A stretch of DNA of 64,000 nt, from assembly GCA_963701295.1 (NCBI GenBank), contig OY969585.1:2880895-2944894 (forward strand), in the 5' to 3' direction. The DNA comes from Ignavibacteriota bacterium. Its GTDB lineage: Bacteria; Bacteroidota; Ignavibacteria; UBA10030. The number at the start of each line of letters is the position of its first letter. The first letter of the stretch is position 1. The position numbers and the translations under genes are program-made. The notes under the pieces were generated by a model, which saw only the letters and a list, made by a program, of their open reading frames with translations, was not told the DNA's origin and searched no databases. This document shows, in pieces, positions 20,420 to 31,627 of the stretch.

Positions 20420-20473
20420 TGCAGCACGTACTTCATTGCTACATTTTTAATATGTATCGCTTTCATGATACTC

Positions 20474-21298
20474 TTAGTGCAATGGCCCTCTACATTGCTG
20501 TGACTGCTTCGCATAAACACCTTGATGAGCCAAGGTCTGAACATCTTCAATATATTCGAATCTTGATTTTAGTACCGATATTTCTTCTAAAAACAATCCT
20601 TTTGCAGGAGCAGACATTCCGGCAATAGACCTCTCATTTGATTCTAGTATTTTATAAAATTCTTCATATTTCATATGCCCTCTTCCTACATTTACCATCG
20701 TTCCAACTAATGTACGAACCATTCCATGCAAAAAGCGATTTGCAGAAATTTCATAGATCAATAATTTTTCTTTCTGAATCCATTGTGATGTCAATACACT
20801 GCATCGATGATTGTGAATATCAGTTTCCACTTTACAGAATGAACGAAAACTATGCGTGCCCATTACTTGTTGAGCACAGTTTTGCATCGACGAAAGATTT
20901 AACTTTTGGAACACCTGCCAGCAATAATTGCGTTGAATTGCCGTCGGTTCTTGACTAATCGAATATGTGTACCGTCTGCTTTTTGCGCCGTATTGAGCAT
21001 TGAAGTCTAATGGGGCATTCATCGCTTCGAGAACAATAATGCTATGGGGCATAACCGCATTCAGACTTTTTGCAAGTAGATTGATTTCAACATCTCGCTC
21101 CACAAAGAAGCTTGCCACCTGACCACGAGCATGTACCCCGGCATCTGTTCTCCCCCCGCCGGTAATTCGAATATCTAGCTGAAGTATTTGTTTGATTGCT
21201 TTTTCAACTTCTTCTTGAACAGAACGTCCATTGGTTTGAAATTGCCAGCCAACGAAGTCGGTACCATCATATTCAAGCGTAAGCCGGATGAGAGGCAT
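20474..21298 (-). CDS. truA: tRNA pseudouridine(38-40) synthase
   Basis: LTLEYDGTDFVGWQ...GGGRTDAGVHARGQV. Confidence 0.9.
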   Translation of the reverse strand: MPLIRLTLEYDGTDFVGWQFQTNGRSVQEEVEKAIKQILQLDIRITGGGRTDAGVHARGQVASFFVERDVEINLLAKSLNAVMPHSIIVLEAMNAPLDFNAQYGAKSRRYTYSISQEPTAIQRNYCWQVFQKLNLSSMQNCAQQVMGTHSFRSFCKVETDIHNHRCSVLTSQWIQKEKLLIYEISANRFLHGMVRTLVGTMVNVGRGHMKYEEFYKILESNERSIAGMSAPAKGLFLEEISVLKSRFEYIEDVQTLAHQGVYAKQSQQCRGPLH

Positions 21299-21307
21299 GA
21301 GGGTGTT

Positions 21308-22048
21308 TTAAAAATGTGCGGTGATACTTATTCCCCATCCATTAACTTGCAATCCATTGTTCAACGTGTACGTATGAATTTCTATATTGTCCATCGACGA
21401 AAGAGATTGATTATATGATGCTGTTTTCTTTCCAGCAGAAAAAGCAGAAAGAAGATGATTCACAACAATAGCTCCTATGACAAATTTCGCATTGTTTTTC
21501 ACCTCGCCGCTTTGAATACGCATATTTTTGAATTGAAGGCGATCTGCATCTGTATCCCAATTCCATTGATATTCAGGACGTGTAGGTTGGTACATCAGAT
21601 CATACTCACGGTTTCTGCTCTTTGTATCGTTGTATTCTGCAGTTGTATTGAAGTTGCCGATGTTTACCGAATACTGGTCGTCCTTGTTGCTAAAGTTTGC
21701 ACCTGCATGTTGGCTAGCAAACGTTTGTGCATCTTGCAGCAGCCAATTGGAATGCATACGAAATCCACCGTACGTAAGCCATAAGCCGCCTTCAGCGATC
21801 AAATAATACTTCCCTGTTTCAAATGAACCTGCATACAATTCTCCCATGCCCGGTACGAGAAGCGATGCAACAACTGCCAGCATAACTGACTTCTTGGATT
21901 CAGGCACAGGCGACACGTCTTGATCCGGAATGGACATTCCTCGGAGTTGAACTTCCTTTGTTACTAAAGCCGACATTGGTCTTTGTTGCGCAAACATCTG
22001 CTGTGTCAGAAAAAGGAGTAATGCTATCGAAATAATAGATCGTTTCAT
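21308..22048 (-). CDS. Hypothetical secreted protein
   Basis: Start moved to the internal ATG (MKRSIISIALLLFLTQQMFAQ, a signal peptide). This removes a 95-nt overlap with the upstream gene. No family recognised. Confidence 0.5.
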   Translation of the reverse strand: MKRSIISIALLLFLTQQMFAQQRPMSALVTKEVQLRGMSIPDQDVSPVPESKKSVMLAVVASLLVPGMGELYAGSFETGKYYLIAEGGLWLTYGGFRMHSNWLLQDAQTFASQHAGANFSNKDDQYSVNIGNFNTTAEYNDTKSRNREYDLMYQPTRPEYQWNWDTDADRLQFKNMRIQSGEVKNNAKFVIGAIVVNHLLSAFSAGKKTASYNQSLSSMDNIEIHTYTLNNGLQVNGWGISITAHF

Positions 22049-22061
22049 AGTGCAGCTCCAG

Positions 22062-23387
22062 TTAAATGGCAATGCGTATTGTTGGTATTCTCGTAGGTTC
22101 TGCGATCGTTCCAATACATTTTTCAGAAAATGCTTCTTTGATCGTAACGTTGGCAATAGTATTTGTTAAATCTGCATTCGCTTTCACATCGACACGAACA
22201 TATTCTTCCGTCAATCCAGATACCATACCATCAGGATGCGTTGATTCAAAAAGAACCGGTACAGTTCTACCAACAAACGTCTCATAGAACATGTATCGCT
22301 TTTGAATTCCCAACTGACGCAATTTCTTACTTCTCTTCGCTTTGATCTGAGAATCAACCTTATTATCAAATGCTGCCGACGGTGTATTTGGCCGTACAGA
22401 ATAACTAAATATATGAAAATATGAAATCGGAATGCTGTTCAGAAAATTGTAAGTTTCATTAAATAATACATCACTCTCACCAGGAAATCCGACTATCACA
22501 TCTGAGCCTATGCCTGCGGTCGGAATATTCGATTTAATTCTTTCTACACGCTCAGCATAGACTTCAGTGATATATCTTCTCTGCATTTTTCGAAGTACAC
22601 TATTAGATCCTGATTGAAGCGGTATATGCCAGTGGCGACAAAGAATATCATGGGCAAACCAAAAATCAAGCAGCTCGTCGGTAAGCAAATTGGGTTCAAC
22701 CGAACTAATTCGAATACGCATTAAGCCATCAACCGTGACGAGACGTTTGAGAAGAGCCAGAAGGTTCGTGCCATCATTTTTCCCATAGTCTCCTACATTC
22801 ACACCAGTCAACACTATTTCTTTATATCCTAATCCAACTGCTTCTCTTGCCTGTTGTACTATTTCGACAATAGTTGTACTTCGGCTTTTTCCTCGCGCCT
22901 GGGGAATAGTGCAATAGGAACAATGATAATCACAGCCGTCTTGCACTTTCAGAAAAGCACGCGTTCGATCCTCAAACCCTGCAGACGATGCCAGCCCGAA
23001 GTCGTTGTTATCTATACAAGAAACAACAACGTTTGCATGGTTCTTCTTTTTCTCGGTGTCGATAATATCAAGAAGAGAGAATTTATCCTGTGTTCCAAGT
23101 ACCAAATCAACGCCATTGATTCCGGCTATTTGCTCAGATTGAAGCTGTGCATAGCAGCCAACGACCGCCACAAATGCATCTGGGGAATGCCGAATAGCTC
23201 TTCGTACTAATTGCCGGCATTCGCGATCAGCATTCGAGGTGACAGTACATGAATTGATTACCACTACATCTGCCGGGTCGTCAATGCCAACCACAGTGTA
23301 GCCCTGAGCAGTGAATTTCTTTCCGATCGCTGCAGTTTCAGCGTAATTGAGTTTACAACCAAGAGTATGTATTGCAATACGCTTCAT
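22062..23387 (-). CDS. Radical-SAM methylthiotransferase of the MiaB/RimO/MtaB family (most MtaB-like)
   Basis: N-terminal MTTase domain HTLGCKLNYAETAAI. Radical-SAM motif CSYCTIPQARG. C-terminal TRAM-like region. Start set at the internal MKRIAIHTLGC. Confidence 0.7.
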   Translation of the reverse strand: MKRIAIHTLGCKLNYAETAAIGKKFTAQGYTVVGIDDPADVVVINSCTVTSNADRECRQLVRRAIRHSPDAFVAVVGCYAQLQSEQIAGINGVDLVLGTQDKFSLLDIIDTEKKKNHANVVVSCIDNNDFGLASSAGFEDRTRAFLKVQDGCDYHCSYCTIPQARGKSRSTTIVEIVQQAREAVGLGYKEIVLTGVNVGDYGKNDGTNLLALLKRLVTVDGLMRIRISSVEPNLLTDELLDFWFAHDILCRHWHIPLQSGSNSVLRKMQRRYITEVYAERVERIKSNIPTAGIGSDVIVGFPGESDVLFNETYNFLNSIPISYFHIFSYSVRPNTPSAAFDNKVDSQIKAKRSKKLRQLGIQKRYMFYETFVGRTVPVLFESTHPDGMVSGLTEEYVRVDVKANADLTNTIANVTIKEAFSEKCIGTIAEPTRIPTIRIAI

Positions 23388-23445
23388 AAAGAAAAAGAGC
23401 TGCCCGAGCAATGTCAGACAACTCTTTTCATGAATATTTCAGAAA

Positions 23446-25218
23446 TTAGTTTGAACTTTGTGTGCTCTGTTCATTTCCACCTTCTGCGGGTGATTCATTC
23501 TTTTTCTTCTCTTCATCAGAAGGAGCGGAGATGACATCCTTCATCGTCATTGGAGCAAGTTTATGACCAGCAACATAGTCATCTACAAGCTTTTGTTCTT
23601 TACCGCGAAGATATTCAAGAGCGGAGAGAACGATCTTCTTGCTTTCTTTATCAAACTCGATCACTTTTAATGGAAGTGTATCACCGACCTTGAAGGAGTC
23701 TGAAATATTCTTGACCGGAGTATGTGAAAGCTGAGAGAGCGGCACAAAGCCATCGACACCGAGAGGCATTTCAACGATGACACCCTTCTCGATGATGCGC
23801 ACGATGCTGCCTTCAACGTCAGTATCTACTTTGTATTTAGACTCGAACACTTCCCACGGATTTTCTTGTACTTGCTTATGCCCAAGAGAGATGCGTCGTT
23901 GACTAATATCAACCGAAAGCACAATGACATCAAGCTGGTCGCCTTTTTTTACAACTTCACCGGGGTGACGAATCTTCTTTGTCCATGATAAATCGGATAT
24001 GTGCACAAGACCATCGACACCTTCTTCAAGCTCAACGAAAACACCGAAATTCGTAAGGTTGCGTACCGTACCGACATGTTTTGAACCGATGGGATATTTC
24101 TGCATAAGTGTAGTCCAAGGATCCGGCTCAAGCTGTTTCATGCCAAGCGAAATCTTCTTGCCGTCTTTATCCAGAGAGAGAATAATTGCATCGGTCATCT
24201 GTCCCATGGAAACAACTTGTGAAGGGTGTTTGATGTGCTGTGTCCAACTCATTTCAGAAATGTGAATGAGACCTTCGATGCCTTTTTCAATTTCTACAAA
24301 TGCGCCATAATCTGTCAGCGAAACGATTTTCCCATTAATTTTCGTACCGATAGGATACCGCTGATCAATATTCTCCCATGGATGCGGTTGGAGTTGTTTC
24401 ATACCTAGCGAAATTCGTTTTTTCTCGGCGTCAAAATCGAGAACGACGATGTTGACCAATTGGTCGAGCTTTACAATCTCTGAAGGATGGTTTACACGCC
24501 CCCATGAAAGATCTGTAATATGCACAAGACCGTCTACACCGCCGAGATCGACGAACACGCCGAAATCCGTAATTGCCTTAACGTGGCCTTCAAGTATCTG
24601 ACCTTTTTCAAGACTATCAAGGATAGTTTTACGCTGGCTGGAAAGTTCTTCTTCTACTAACACCTTATGACTGACAACAACATTTTCTGAAGGATGATTA
24701 ACTTTCACAACGCGGAAATCCATCTCGCGTCCGATGAATACATCAAAATCACGAACAGGCCGAACATCGATTTGTGAACCCGGCAGGAATGCATCGAGTC
24801 CCATAAGATCGACAACAATACCGCCTTTCGTCCTGCGCACGCAGCGTCCTTTAAGAACTTCACCGGTATCGTGGGATTTAACGACGCGTTCCCAGACACG
24901 CATAAAGTCGGCACGTTTACGCGAGAGTACGAGTTGGCCATCTTTGTCTTCAATGCTTTCGAGGAAAACTTCGATTTCATCGCCAATTTTTAAGTCTTTA
25001 ATGTTCGGGAATTCGCTTTTCGCAACCGTGCCTTCTGACTTGAAACCGATATCAACGGCAACATTCGAATCGCCGATATGTACAATACGTCCTTTAACGA
25101 TTTCACCGGCATTGATTTTGCCCATCGTACCGGAATAAAGTTGTTCAAGTTGTTTGTACTCTTCTTCAGAATACCCGTGCTCCTCAAACTCCTGCACGGC
25201 ATCTTTTGTAACTGACAT
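23446..25218 (-). CDS. rpsA: 30S ribosomal protein S1
   Basis: 590 aa with six S1 repeats (recurring GxV.G.V..I.DFGAFV.L..GV.GLVHIS). Confidence 0.95.
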   Translation of the reverse strand: MSVTKDAVQEFEEHGYSEEEYKQLEQLYSGTMGKINAGEIVKGRIVHIGDSNVAVDIGFKSEGTVAKSEFPNIKDLKIGDEIEVFLESIEDKDGQLVLSRKRADFMRVWERVVKSHDTGEVLKGRCVRRTKGGIVVDLMGLDAFLPGSQIDVRPVRDFDVFIGREMDFRVVKVNHPSENVVVSHKVLVEEELSSQRKTILDSLEKGQILEGHVKAITDFGVFVDLGGVDGLVHITDLSWGRVNHPSEIVKLDQLVNIVVLDFDAEKKRISLGMKQLQPHPWENIDQRYPIGTKINGKIVSLTDYGAFVEIEKGIEGLIHISEMSWTQHIKHPSQVVSMGQMTDAIILSLDKDGKKISLGMKQLEPDPWTTLMQKYPIGSKHVGTVRNLTNFGVFVELEEGVDGLVHISDLSWTKKIRHPGEVVKKGDQLDVIVLSVDISQRRISLGHKQVQENPWEVFESKYKVDTDVEGSIVRIIEKGVIVEMPLGVDGFVPLSQLSHTPVKNISDSFKVGDTLPLKVIEFDKESKKIVLSALEYLRGKEQKLVDDYVAGHKLAPMTMKDVISAPSDEEKKKNESPAEGGNEQSTQSSN

Positions 25219-25320
25219 TCAACCTCCAAAACTGCTTCCCGTATTCACGGGGACGGCCCAATGAAATGTTCTCCGCTGCCAGCCAACGCACACCGGCGAA
25301 CAAAACACTTCGGCTATTGA

Positions 25321-26250
25321 TTAGTGGGTGATGAGTTCTTGAATTATTTTTGGCTGTGAAACACTTTGTTTGTCTTTTTTCATATCCTCAATTCTTGCTT
25401 TCACCTGCTCCATCAACCATTGCGGTGTCGATGTCGCTCCGGTGATTCCAACAGTTTCCATTCCCTCAAACCATTCTGTATGAAGTTCTTGCACATCTTC
25501 GATGAAACGAATATTCGGATTCACCGACTTCACGATGTCATACAATACTTTTCCATTTGAACTGTGCTTCCCGGCGACAAAGATAATGAGCTCATTCGCG
25601 GCAGCAAATTCGCGAATCTTCTTCTCGCGTCCGGATACCTGACCACAAATAGTATCTTTCGCATGAAACTCAATTGCTGTTTCTTCAATGGAACCAACAA
25701 CGAATTCTTTAATTCGTTTTGATAATTCATCCTTGAGCGCATGGAATGTCGCTTTGTCCATTGTCGTTTGTGAAAACAGAACCGTTTTCCGATCCAGTTT
25801 CACTTTCCCCACTTCATCTAACGACTTGATGACAAGCGCTTCACCGTTTGTTTGGCCTACAAGACCAATAATCTCGGCATGTTCCTTCTTGCCAAAAATC
25901 ACAATCTGATACCCTTCAACGTAAAATTTTCGGATACGTTCCTGCACTTTCGTGACGACAGGACACGTGGCATCGACAAGTGTGATTCCAAGTTCCTTTG
26001 CACGTTTATATGTATCAGGCGGTTCTCCGTGCGCGCGAATAAGGATTCTCGCACCTCGAAGTTTTTCCAAATCACTATGAGAGATCGTTTCAAGACCTTT
26101 CTTTCGGAGACGCTCGATCTCCACAGGATTATGAATGATGTCTCCCAGTGAATACAGCCTCTCACCCGCGGCAATTTCCTTTTCCGCAATATCTATTGTT
26201 CGAACAACTCCCCAACAGAATCCCGAGAAATTATCGATGGATACTTTCAT
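25321..26250 (-). CDS. ispH: 4-hydroxy-3-methylbut-2-enyl diphosphate reductase
   Basis: GFCWGV...ATCPVV...SSNG motifs. Adjacent to cmk and rpsA, a common arrangement. Confidence 0.9.
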   Translation of the reverse strand: MKVSIDNFSGFCWGVVRTIDIAEKEIAAGERLYSLGDIIHNPVEIERLRKKGLETISHSDLEKLRGARILIRAHGEPPDTYKRAKELGITLVDATCPVVTKVQERIRKFYVEGYQIVIFGKKEHAEIIGLVGQTNGEALVIKSLDEVGKVKLDRKTVLFSQTTMDKATFHALKDELSKRIKEFVVGSIEETAIEFHAKDTICGQVSGREKKIREFAAANELIIFVAGKHSSNGKVLYDIVKSVNPNIRFIEDVQELHTEWFEGMETVGITGATSTPQWLMEQVKARIEDMKKDKQSVSQPKIIQELITH

Positions 26251-26951
26251 ACGAGTGTTTCTTTTGCATGGATCATTTGCTCTGCCCGCGCTACTATGAA
26301 ATCGACTTGTTCCTCAATGGTCAAGTTGGAAGTATCGAGTTCAATTGCATCCGCTGCTTTCCGGAGTGGACTTATGTCACGTGTCGAATCTTTCCGATCA
26401 CGCGCTTCAATTTCTTTGATCAATTCTTTTTCTTCCGCTTCAATTCCACACAAGGTGAGATCTTTCTTTCTTCGCTTCACTCGCTCTTGAACACTGGCAA
26501 TCATGAAAATCTTTAACTCCGCTGATGGAAGAACAACCGTGCCTATATCCCGGCCTTCCAAGACTACGCCGCCCTGGACAGCGATCCTTTGCTGTTCCTG
26601 TACCATCACTTCGCGAACACCTTGATAACTGCTCACAGTACTAACGGATCGGTTCACCTGAGGCGTTCTAATTTTATCCGTAATATCGGTGCCATCCAAG
26701 AACACCTTCGTGGTTGGATTTCCTCCTTCCAATCGAATGGTGCTTGTTTGTGCCAGTGAAACAATTTTTTCATTGTCGCTCACATCGAGCTTTTTTTCAA
26801 GTGCTTTCAGCGTCAATGCGCGATACATTGCACCTGTATCAATATGAAGATACCCTAATTTTTGAGCCACCAATTTTGCTGTTGTACTCTTACCGGATGC
26901 TGCAGGTCCATCGATGGCAATGGTTATCTTCTTTTGCTCTTTTCTTTGCAT
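26247..26951 (-). CDS. cmk: Cytidylate kinase
   Basis: IAIDGPAASGKSTTAKLVA P-loop. Start set at the internal ATG. 4-bp overlap with ispH. Confidence 0.9.
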   Translation of the reverse strand: MQRKEQKKITIAIDGPAASGKSTTAKLVAQKLGYLHIDTGAMYRALTLKALEKKLDVSDNEKIVSLAQTSTIRLEGGNPTTKVFLDGTDITDKIRTPQVNRSVSTVSSYQGVREVMVQEQQRIAVQGGVVLEGRDIGTVVLPSAELKIFMIASVQERVKRRKKDLTLCGIEAEEKELIKEIEARDRKDSTRDISPLRKAADAIELDTSNLTIEEQVDFIVARAEQMIHAKETLV

Positions 26952-27074
26952 TATGAACTTATAATATAAGAAATTAAACACTTTGGAGCAATGAAGAATT
27001 CCCAGGTTCTTGCATTTTTAACCTTTTAAGAGGACATTCACACTGATCCTAATCTATAAAAAACAAATATATTT

Positions 27075-28526
27075 ATGAAACTGCATTATATCATCCTTTT
27101 CCTTTCATTAACGCTGTTAGGTTGCGGAGCGACACGCACTGTTATAGTGCCACGCGATCCGTTGGCACAATTAAGGAAAAACATTAATTCTATTCTCACA
27201 GACTCACTCTTCGTTCCTGCTCGTGCTAGCGTCAAAGTTGTATCGCTTGAAAATGGAAATGTTCTCTATGATCATGACAGCAAAGCGCTGATGAATCCTG
27301 GATCAAACATGAAGCTGCTCACTTCCGCCGCCGCTTTGTCGATATTAGATACGAATTATCAATTTAAGACGATAGTGTTCGTTGATGCTTCTCCACCTGT
27401 TGGTATTCTTACCGGCAACATCTATTTGAAAGGATATGGAGATCCGGATTTGAAGACGTCAGACTTAGACTCTCTGGCAAATGCAGTTCGGCAAATGGGA
27501 ATCACGAGTATCGAAGGTGATATCATTGTTGATGATTCATTTTTCGATGACAACTATTGGGGTGCCGGCTGGACTTGGGATGATGAATCTGATCCGGATG
27601 CGCCATACATCAATGCACTTTCTGTGAATAAGAACTGTATCAGCATCACATTGTTAACCGATTCAACCACAATGTATCCCTATCTTGAACCGATGACAGA
27701 TTTTGTCACAGTTATCAATAGAGCGAAATTAACAAATGACAGCATTCACACTCCTCTAAAAATCAAACGCCTTTATCTGAACAATCCTAATACCATTATC
27801 ATAGAAGGTGAACTTTCTTGCTTTAGTCAGTTTACTCAAAAGTTCTCTCTCCGCCGTCCTGAGTATTATACAGGAACACTTTTTAAAGAATCACTTCGGC
27901 ATGCAGGAATTCTTGTACATGGGAATGTTGTGAATGGTGTGACTCCGATCGGAGTCCGTGAAATTGCACAGCATGACCAACCAATAGAAAAAATGGTCAC
28001 AAATATGAATAAAGTGAGTGATAATCTATCGGCTGAAAATGTACTCAAGATATTAGGCGCTACCATAAACGGCATCCCGGGCTCTACGAAAAGTGGAATA
28101 TTCGCCGTAAAACACTTCCTTGCTAATATGGGAATTGACACATTGAAACTTTTTATTGCCGATGGATCGGGTGTGTCTCGGTATAATCTTCTATCTGCCG
28201 ATCAACTTGTACAATTTCTGACAGTGATGTACAAACAGCCGCGAATATTCCCGATCTTTTACAACTCTTTACCACTTGCCGGTGTTGACGGAACTCTCGC
28301 ACGAAGGATGACTCAGTATCCTGCCGCTTGTAATCTACGTGCGAAAACCGGGAATCTAAATGGTGTGAGCTGTTTATCTGGATATGTTCTAACACGCGAT
28401 GGCGAGATGCTGGTGTTTTCTATCATGATGCAGAATTTTATTACACCAGCTGCCAATTATCATCAAGTGCAGGATAGAATCGGCACTTTATTGGCCGGAT
28501 TTAGTCGAAGAAACACAATTCAATAA
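27075..28526 (+). CDS. D-alanyl-D-alanine carboxypeptidase/endopeptidase, PBP4 family (peptidase S13)
   Basis: Signal/lipoprotein-like N-terminus. SxxK active site in NPGSNMKLLTSAAAL. Length 483 aa. Confidence 0.75.
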   Translation: MKLHYIILFLSLTLLGCGATRTVIVPRDPLAQLRKNINSILTDSLFVPARASVKVVSLENGNVLYDHDSKALMNPGSNMKLLTSAAALSILDTNYQFKTIVFVDASPPVGILTGNIYLKGYGDPDLKTSDLDSLANAVRQMGITSIEGDIIVDDSFFDDNYWGAGWTWDDESDPDAPYINALSVNKNCISITLLTDSTTMYPYLEPMTDFVTVINRAKLTNDSIHTPLKIKRLYLNNPNTIIIEGELSCFSQFTQKFSLRRPEYYTGTLFKESLRHAGILVHGNVVNGVTPIGVREIAQHDQPIEKMVTNMNKVSDNLSAENVLKILGATINGIPGSTKSGIFAVKHFLANMGIDTLKLFIADGSGVSRYNLLSADQLVQFLTVMYKQPRIFPIFYNSLPLAGVDGTLARRMTQYPAACNLRAKTGNLNGVSCLSGYVLTRDGEMLVFSIMMQNFITPAANYHQVQDRIGTLLAGFSRRNTIQ

Positions 28527-28579
28527 CGTTCAGTAAAATAAGTACATTTTATTATCTTCACATTCTTCCACTTCTATGA

Positions 28580-29269
28580 GTGAGATACTTTATGAACAAT
28601 ACACAAACATCTTCCTTTGGGTTGTACGAAGCTACCCGTATTCTTGTACCCGGTTTTTACTTTGCATCTCTCTCTGCGATGTTTTTCTATTCTTTTCTGT
28701 CACGCTATATTTCGTTTCCTCTTGAGCACGGATATTGGACTATACTGTTTTTATTTCTTGTGCTTGTCTCCGGATTGACTATGTATGCAAAAGAAACAAC
28801 AAAGCGCAGGCGAGCATTTGCCGAGAACCAGCCAAGTGCATTCCTTCAAGATATCGTCCGTCGCCATCCTACTACGAATATCCTGAATGAAGCGGAAGCT
28901 CGACAGTTATACTTTTACATTCTCAATCATTTTATTCCATCTGCATTTCATGAAAAAGTGTTCTTCTTTGGCACAGTATATCATATTATGATTCAAATAC
29001 GCCGTACTTCTTTTTGGTTTGCCATCATGTCCATCGTATGTCTTGCTGTACAAATAGCCCTGGGCATAGCCCTTGTGGATCAGCAAGGATTGATCTTTTT
29101 TTGCCTTCTTGTTTGTTTGATTTATCTTTTGAATGTCAAATACAATAAAGCAGACAGGAAAATGCAGGAAAATTATCAAGATCAAATATTCTGGCTACAA
29201 ATGAATGGTGAAATCGTCGAGGATCTCATCCGGAAGTACGATCTTTCGAAAAAAGGTACACTCTCATGA
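28580..29269 (+). CDS. Hypothetical membrane protein (about 4 transmembrane helices)
   Basis: ORF of good length between dacB-like and prmA, with 4-bp coupling to prmA. No family recognised. Confidence 0.4.
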   Translation: MRYFMNNTQTSSFGLYEATRILVPGFYFASLSAMFFYSFLSRYISFPLEHGYWTILFLFLVLVSGLTMYAKETTKRRRAFAENQPSAFLQDIVRRHPTTNILNEAEARQLYFYILNHFIPSAFHEKVFFFGTVYHIMIQIRRTSFWFAIMSIVCLAVQIALGIALVDQQGLIFFCLLVCLIYLLNVKYNKADRKMQENYQDQIFWLQMNGEIVEDLIRKYDLSKKGTLS

Positions 29270-30132
29270 CATTACGCAAGTGGTGTCAGATATGCGTTCG
29301 AATAGATGAGCCCTATCAGGACTTACTTGTCGGCCAGTTGACATCAATTGGTTTTAACGGTTTCGTTCAAGAAGAGAAATCCCTCGGTTGTTTTATCTCA
29401 GCAAATAAATGGACTTCCACGAGACGTGCAAAATTTCAGACAATGCTGGAGCGGTTTAAGTTTGAGTTTCCCGTTGTTGATCTATCCTTTACAGTCAAAT
29501 CACTGCGCGAAAAGAATTGGAATAAAACATGGGAAAAACAGACCGGAATTGTTGAAGCAACACCGCAAATAATCATCAAACCATCTTGGAAGAAATTACC
29601 AAAACATCATCGCAACAAAATAGTTCTCCACGTCGATCCAAAGATGTCGTTTGGCACAGGGCATCATGAAACAACTCGGTTAAGCCTCAGCCTGCTTGAA
29701 CGGTTTTTACAACCGGATATGAAAGTTCTTGATTTCGGCTGTGGAACCGGTGTTCTCGGTATTGCTTGTGTAAAGTTAGGCGCAAAATCCGTCATGGCAG
29801 TTGATAACGATCCGTGGGCAATCGAAAACACGCGAGAGAATATCAAGAGAAACAACGTTCAGCGCCAAATGAAAGTCCGGTTGGGAAGCGTGAGCGTACT
29901 TCCACATTCAAAATATGATCTCATCGTAGCGAATATTGATTTTCGTACGATTTCTCGATTCATAAAATCGCTTGTTAACCGAACTCGTAAGGAAAGCACA
30001 ATCATTCTTTCGGGTATTCTCACAAGCGATATGCCTGCTTTACTTCCTTTGTTTGAAAAGAATCTGCTTGTCCCATTTAAACATGACAGTGAAAACGAAT
30101 GGGCAGCAGTTGCGCTTCGCAGAATCCTATGA
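29266..30132 (+). CDS. prmA: Ribosomal protein L11 methyltransferase
   Basis: VDPKMSFGTGHHETT...VLDFGCGTGVLGIA...DNDPWAI. Confidence 0.85.
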   Translation: MTLRKWCQICVRIDEPYQDLLVGQLTSIGFNGFVQEEKSLGCFISANKWTSTRRAKFQTMLERFKFEFPVVDLSFTVKSLREKNWNKTWEKQTGIVEATPQIIIKPSWKKLPKHHRNKIVLHVDPKMSFGTGHHETTRLSLSLLERFLQPDMKVLDFGCGTGVLGIACVKLGAKSVMAVDNDPWAIENTRENIKRNNVQRQMKVRLGSVSVLPHSKYDLIVANIDFRTISRFIKSLVNRTRKESTIILSGILTSDMPALLPLFEKNLLVPFKHDSENEWAAVALRRIL

Positions 30133-31061
30133 TACGTCTTGCTTCCATCGATATCGGAACAAATACCATCCTGATGCTTGTCGCGGATGTTGAAAGAAAC
30201 GGCGCTCTTTCTGTTGTGAGAGATGAACATTTTATTGCTCGGCTTGGCAAGGGTGTCGACGAACATGGTTTTATTCAAAAAGAAACTTTCCAACGTGTTC
30301 GAAGAATTCTATCGCAGCTCAAAAGCATTGCAGACTCGAATGGAGTTCAATATCTCGCGGCATGCGGTACCAGTGCACTTCGCGACGCAGCAAATCGGCA
30401 GGAGTTCATCGATTTCATAAGAGAGAATCTATCGATCGACATAAAGATATTTTCCGGGAAGGAAGAAGCGGAATCAACGTATCTTGGAGCTGTATCAGAA
30501 TATTTGGAGGACTCTCCTTCCAGAGAATTTGCCGTACTCGATATTGGAGGTGGAAGCACGGAGCTTGTTTCTGGAATCGGATCAAACGTCTCATCAGCTG
30601 TCAGCATAGATATTGGCAGTGTCCGGCTCACCGAGAGAATTCTAAAAAATAATCCTCCCGATAATGCTGCTCTTGAGAATGCTGTGAAACTCGTTCAAAG
30701 CCATCTTCATCATATTTCACCTCTTCCATCTGCAATAACGCTGATCGGAGTAGCGGGCACACTCACAACATTAGCTGCACTTGACCTTCATCTGAAAACA
30801 TTTGATAAAACTTTGATCAATCGCTATGTACTCACGAAGGAAGCCATTGACCGAATCTTCCAAGAACTCAGACATCTCACACTGGAGCAGATCAGAAGCT
30901 ATCCTCAGATTCACCCTTCCCGTGCCGATATTCTCCTTGCCGGAATTCTCATTTTGTCGGAGACCTTACAAAAAGTAAACCTATCTCAAATAACTGTGAG
31001 TGATCGCGGATTGCGCTATGGCATTGTGTTGCAAATGGCACACACGTTCATGAACGCTTGA
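30129..31061 (+). CDS. Ppx/GppA-family phosphatase (short exopolyphosphatase form)
   Basis: MIRLASIDIGTNTILMLVA...LDIGGGSTEL. The start ATG overlaps the prmA stop (ATGA). Confidence 0.8.
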   Translation: MIRLASIDIGTNTILMLVADVERNGALSVVRDEHFIARLGKGVDEHGFIQKETFQRVRRILSQLKSIADSNGVQYLAACGTSALRDAANRQEFIDFIRENLSIDIKIFSGKEEAESTYLGAVSEYLEDSPSREFAVLDIGGGSTELVSGIGSNVSSAVSIDIGSVRLTERILKNNPPDNAALENAVKLVQSHLHHISPLPSAITLIGVAGTLTTLAALDLHLKTFDKTLINRYVLTKEAIDRIFQELRHLTLEQIRSYPQIHPSRADILLAGILILSETLQKVNLSQITVSDRGLRYGIVLQMAHTFMNA

Positions 31062-31081
31062 CTCTCTTCCTTTCTGTACAT

Positions 31082-31113
31082 AAAAAAACCGGCACAGATC
31101 ATATACCGGTTTT
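31082..31113. terminator. Bidirectional intrinsic terminator between convergent genes
   Basis: A7-AACCGG-cacagatcatata-CCGGTT-T4. A-run on one side and T-run on the other. Confidence 0.55.
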
Positions 31114-31135
31114 CCATACCTTCATAAAAACAAAA

Positions 31136-31627
31136 TTAATTGTCTCTTCGCCTGTTCCAACGATCCTTTGCAACATCACGCATCAATTCTCTTAGATTTT
31201 TGTTGAAATTACGTTCAAAGACAATAAATTGAGATATCTGTTTTAACGATAGAATATCTCTTAGTTCTTTAATAAACTTTGTATGCTCTTCCAGCATTTT
31301 TTCCTCGCTCAGATCAATGTCTTTAATAACATTTTCCAGAGCCGCATCTTTTGAATTTGATTTGCTCAACTCCTGAAGCTGATCTATCAGCTCATTTCGT
31401 TCTCTTCCAATGGCGCGTATATTCTCCTCGTGTTTATTGTATCGTGCAAAAAAACGAACTGAGGTTTCTTCATTCATTTGAACGACTTCTATAAGACGCA
31501 GCTTTTTATACTGGGCAATACGCTCTGCAGCAGGCCCATGCATAGGAAGTTGATCTTGAGCGGCTACCTGTGATAGCATGAAGAATATTGAGATCAATAA
31601 TAGATTATGTGCTCGAATAATCCTCAT
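31136..31627 (-). CDS. Periplasmic protein co-transcribed with the ECF sigma/anti-sigma pair (possibly Spy/CpxP-like)
   Basis: Signal peptide. Charged helical repeats, with LxxxQ-type motifs such as LSLKQ. 4-bp overlap with the anti-sigma gene. Confidence 0.4.
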   Translation of the reverse strand: MRIIRAHNLLLISIFFMLSQVAAQDQLPMHGPAAERIAQYKKLRLIEVVQMNEETSVRFFARYNKHEENIRAIGRERNELIDQLQELSKSNSKDAALENVIKDIDLSEEKMLEEHTKFIKELRDILSLKQISQFIVFERNFNKNLRELMRDVAKDRWNRRRDN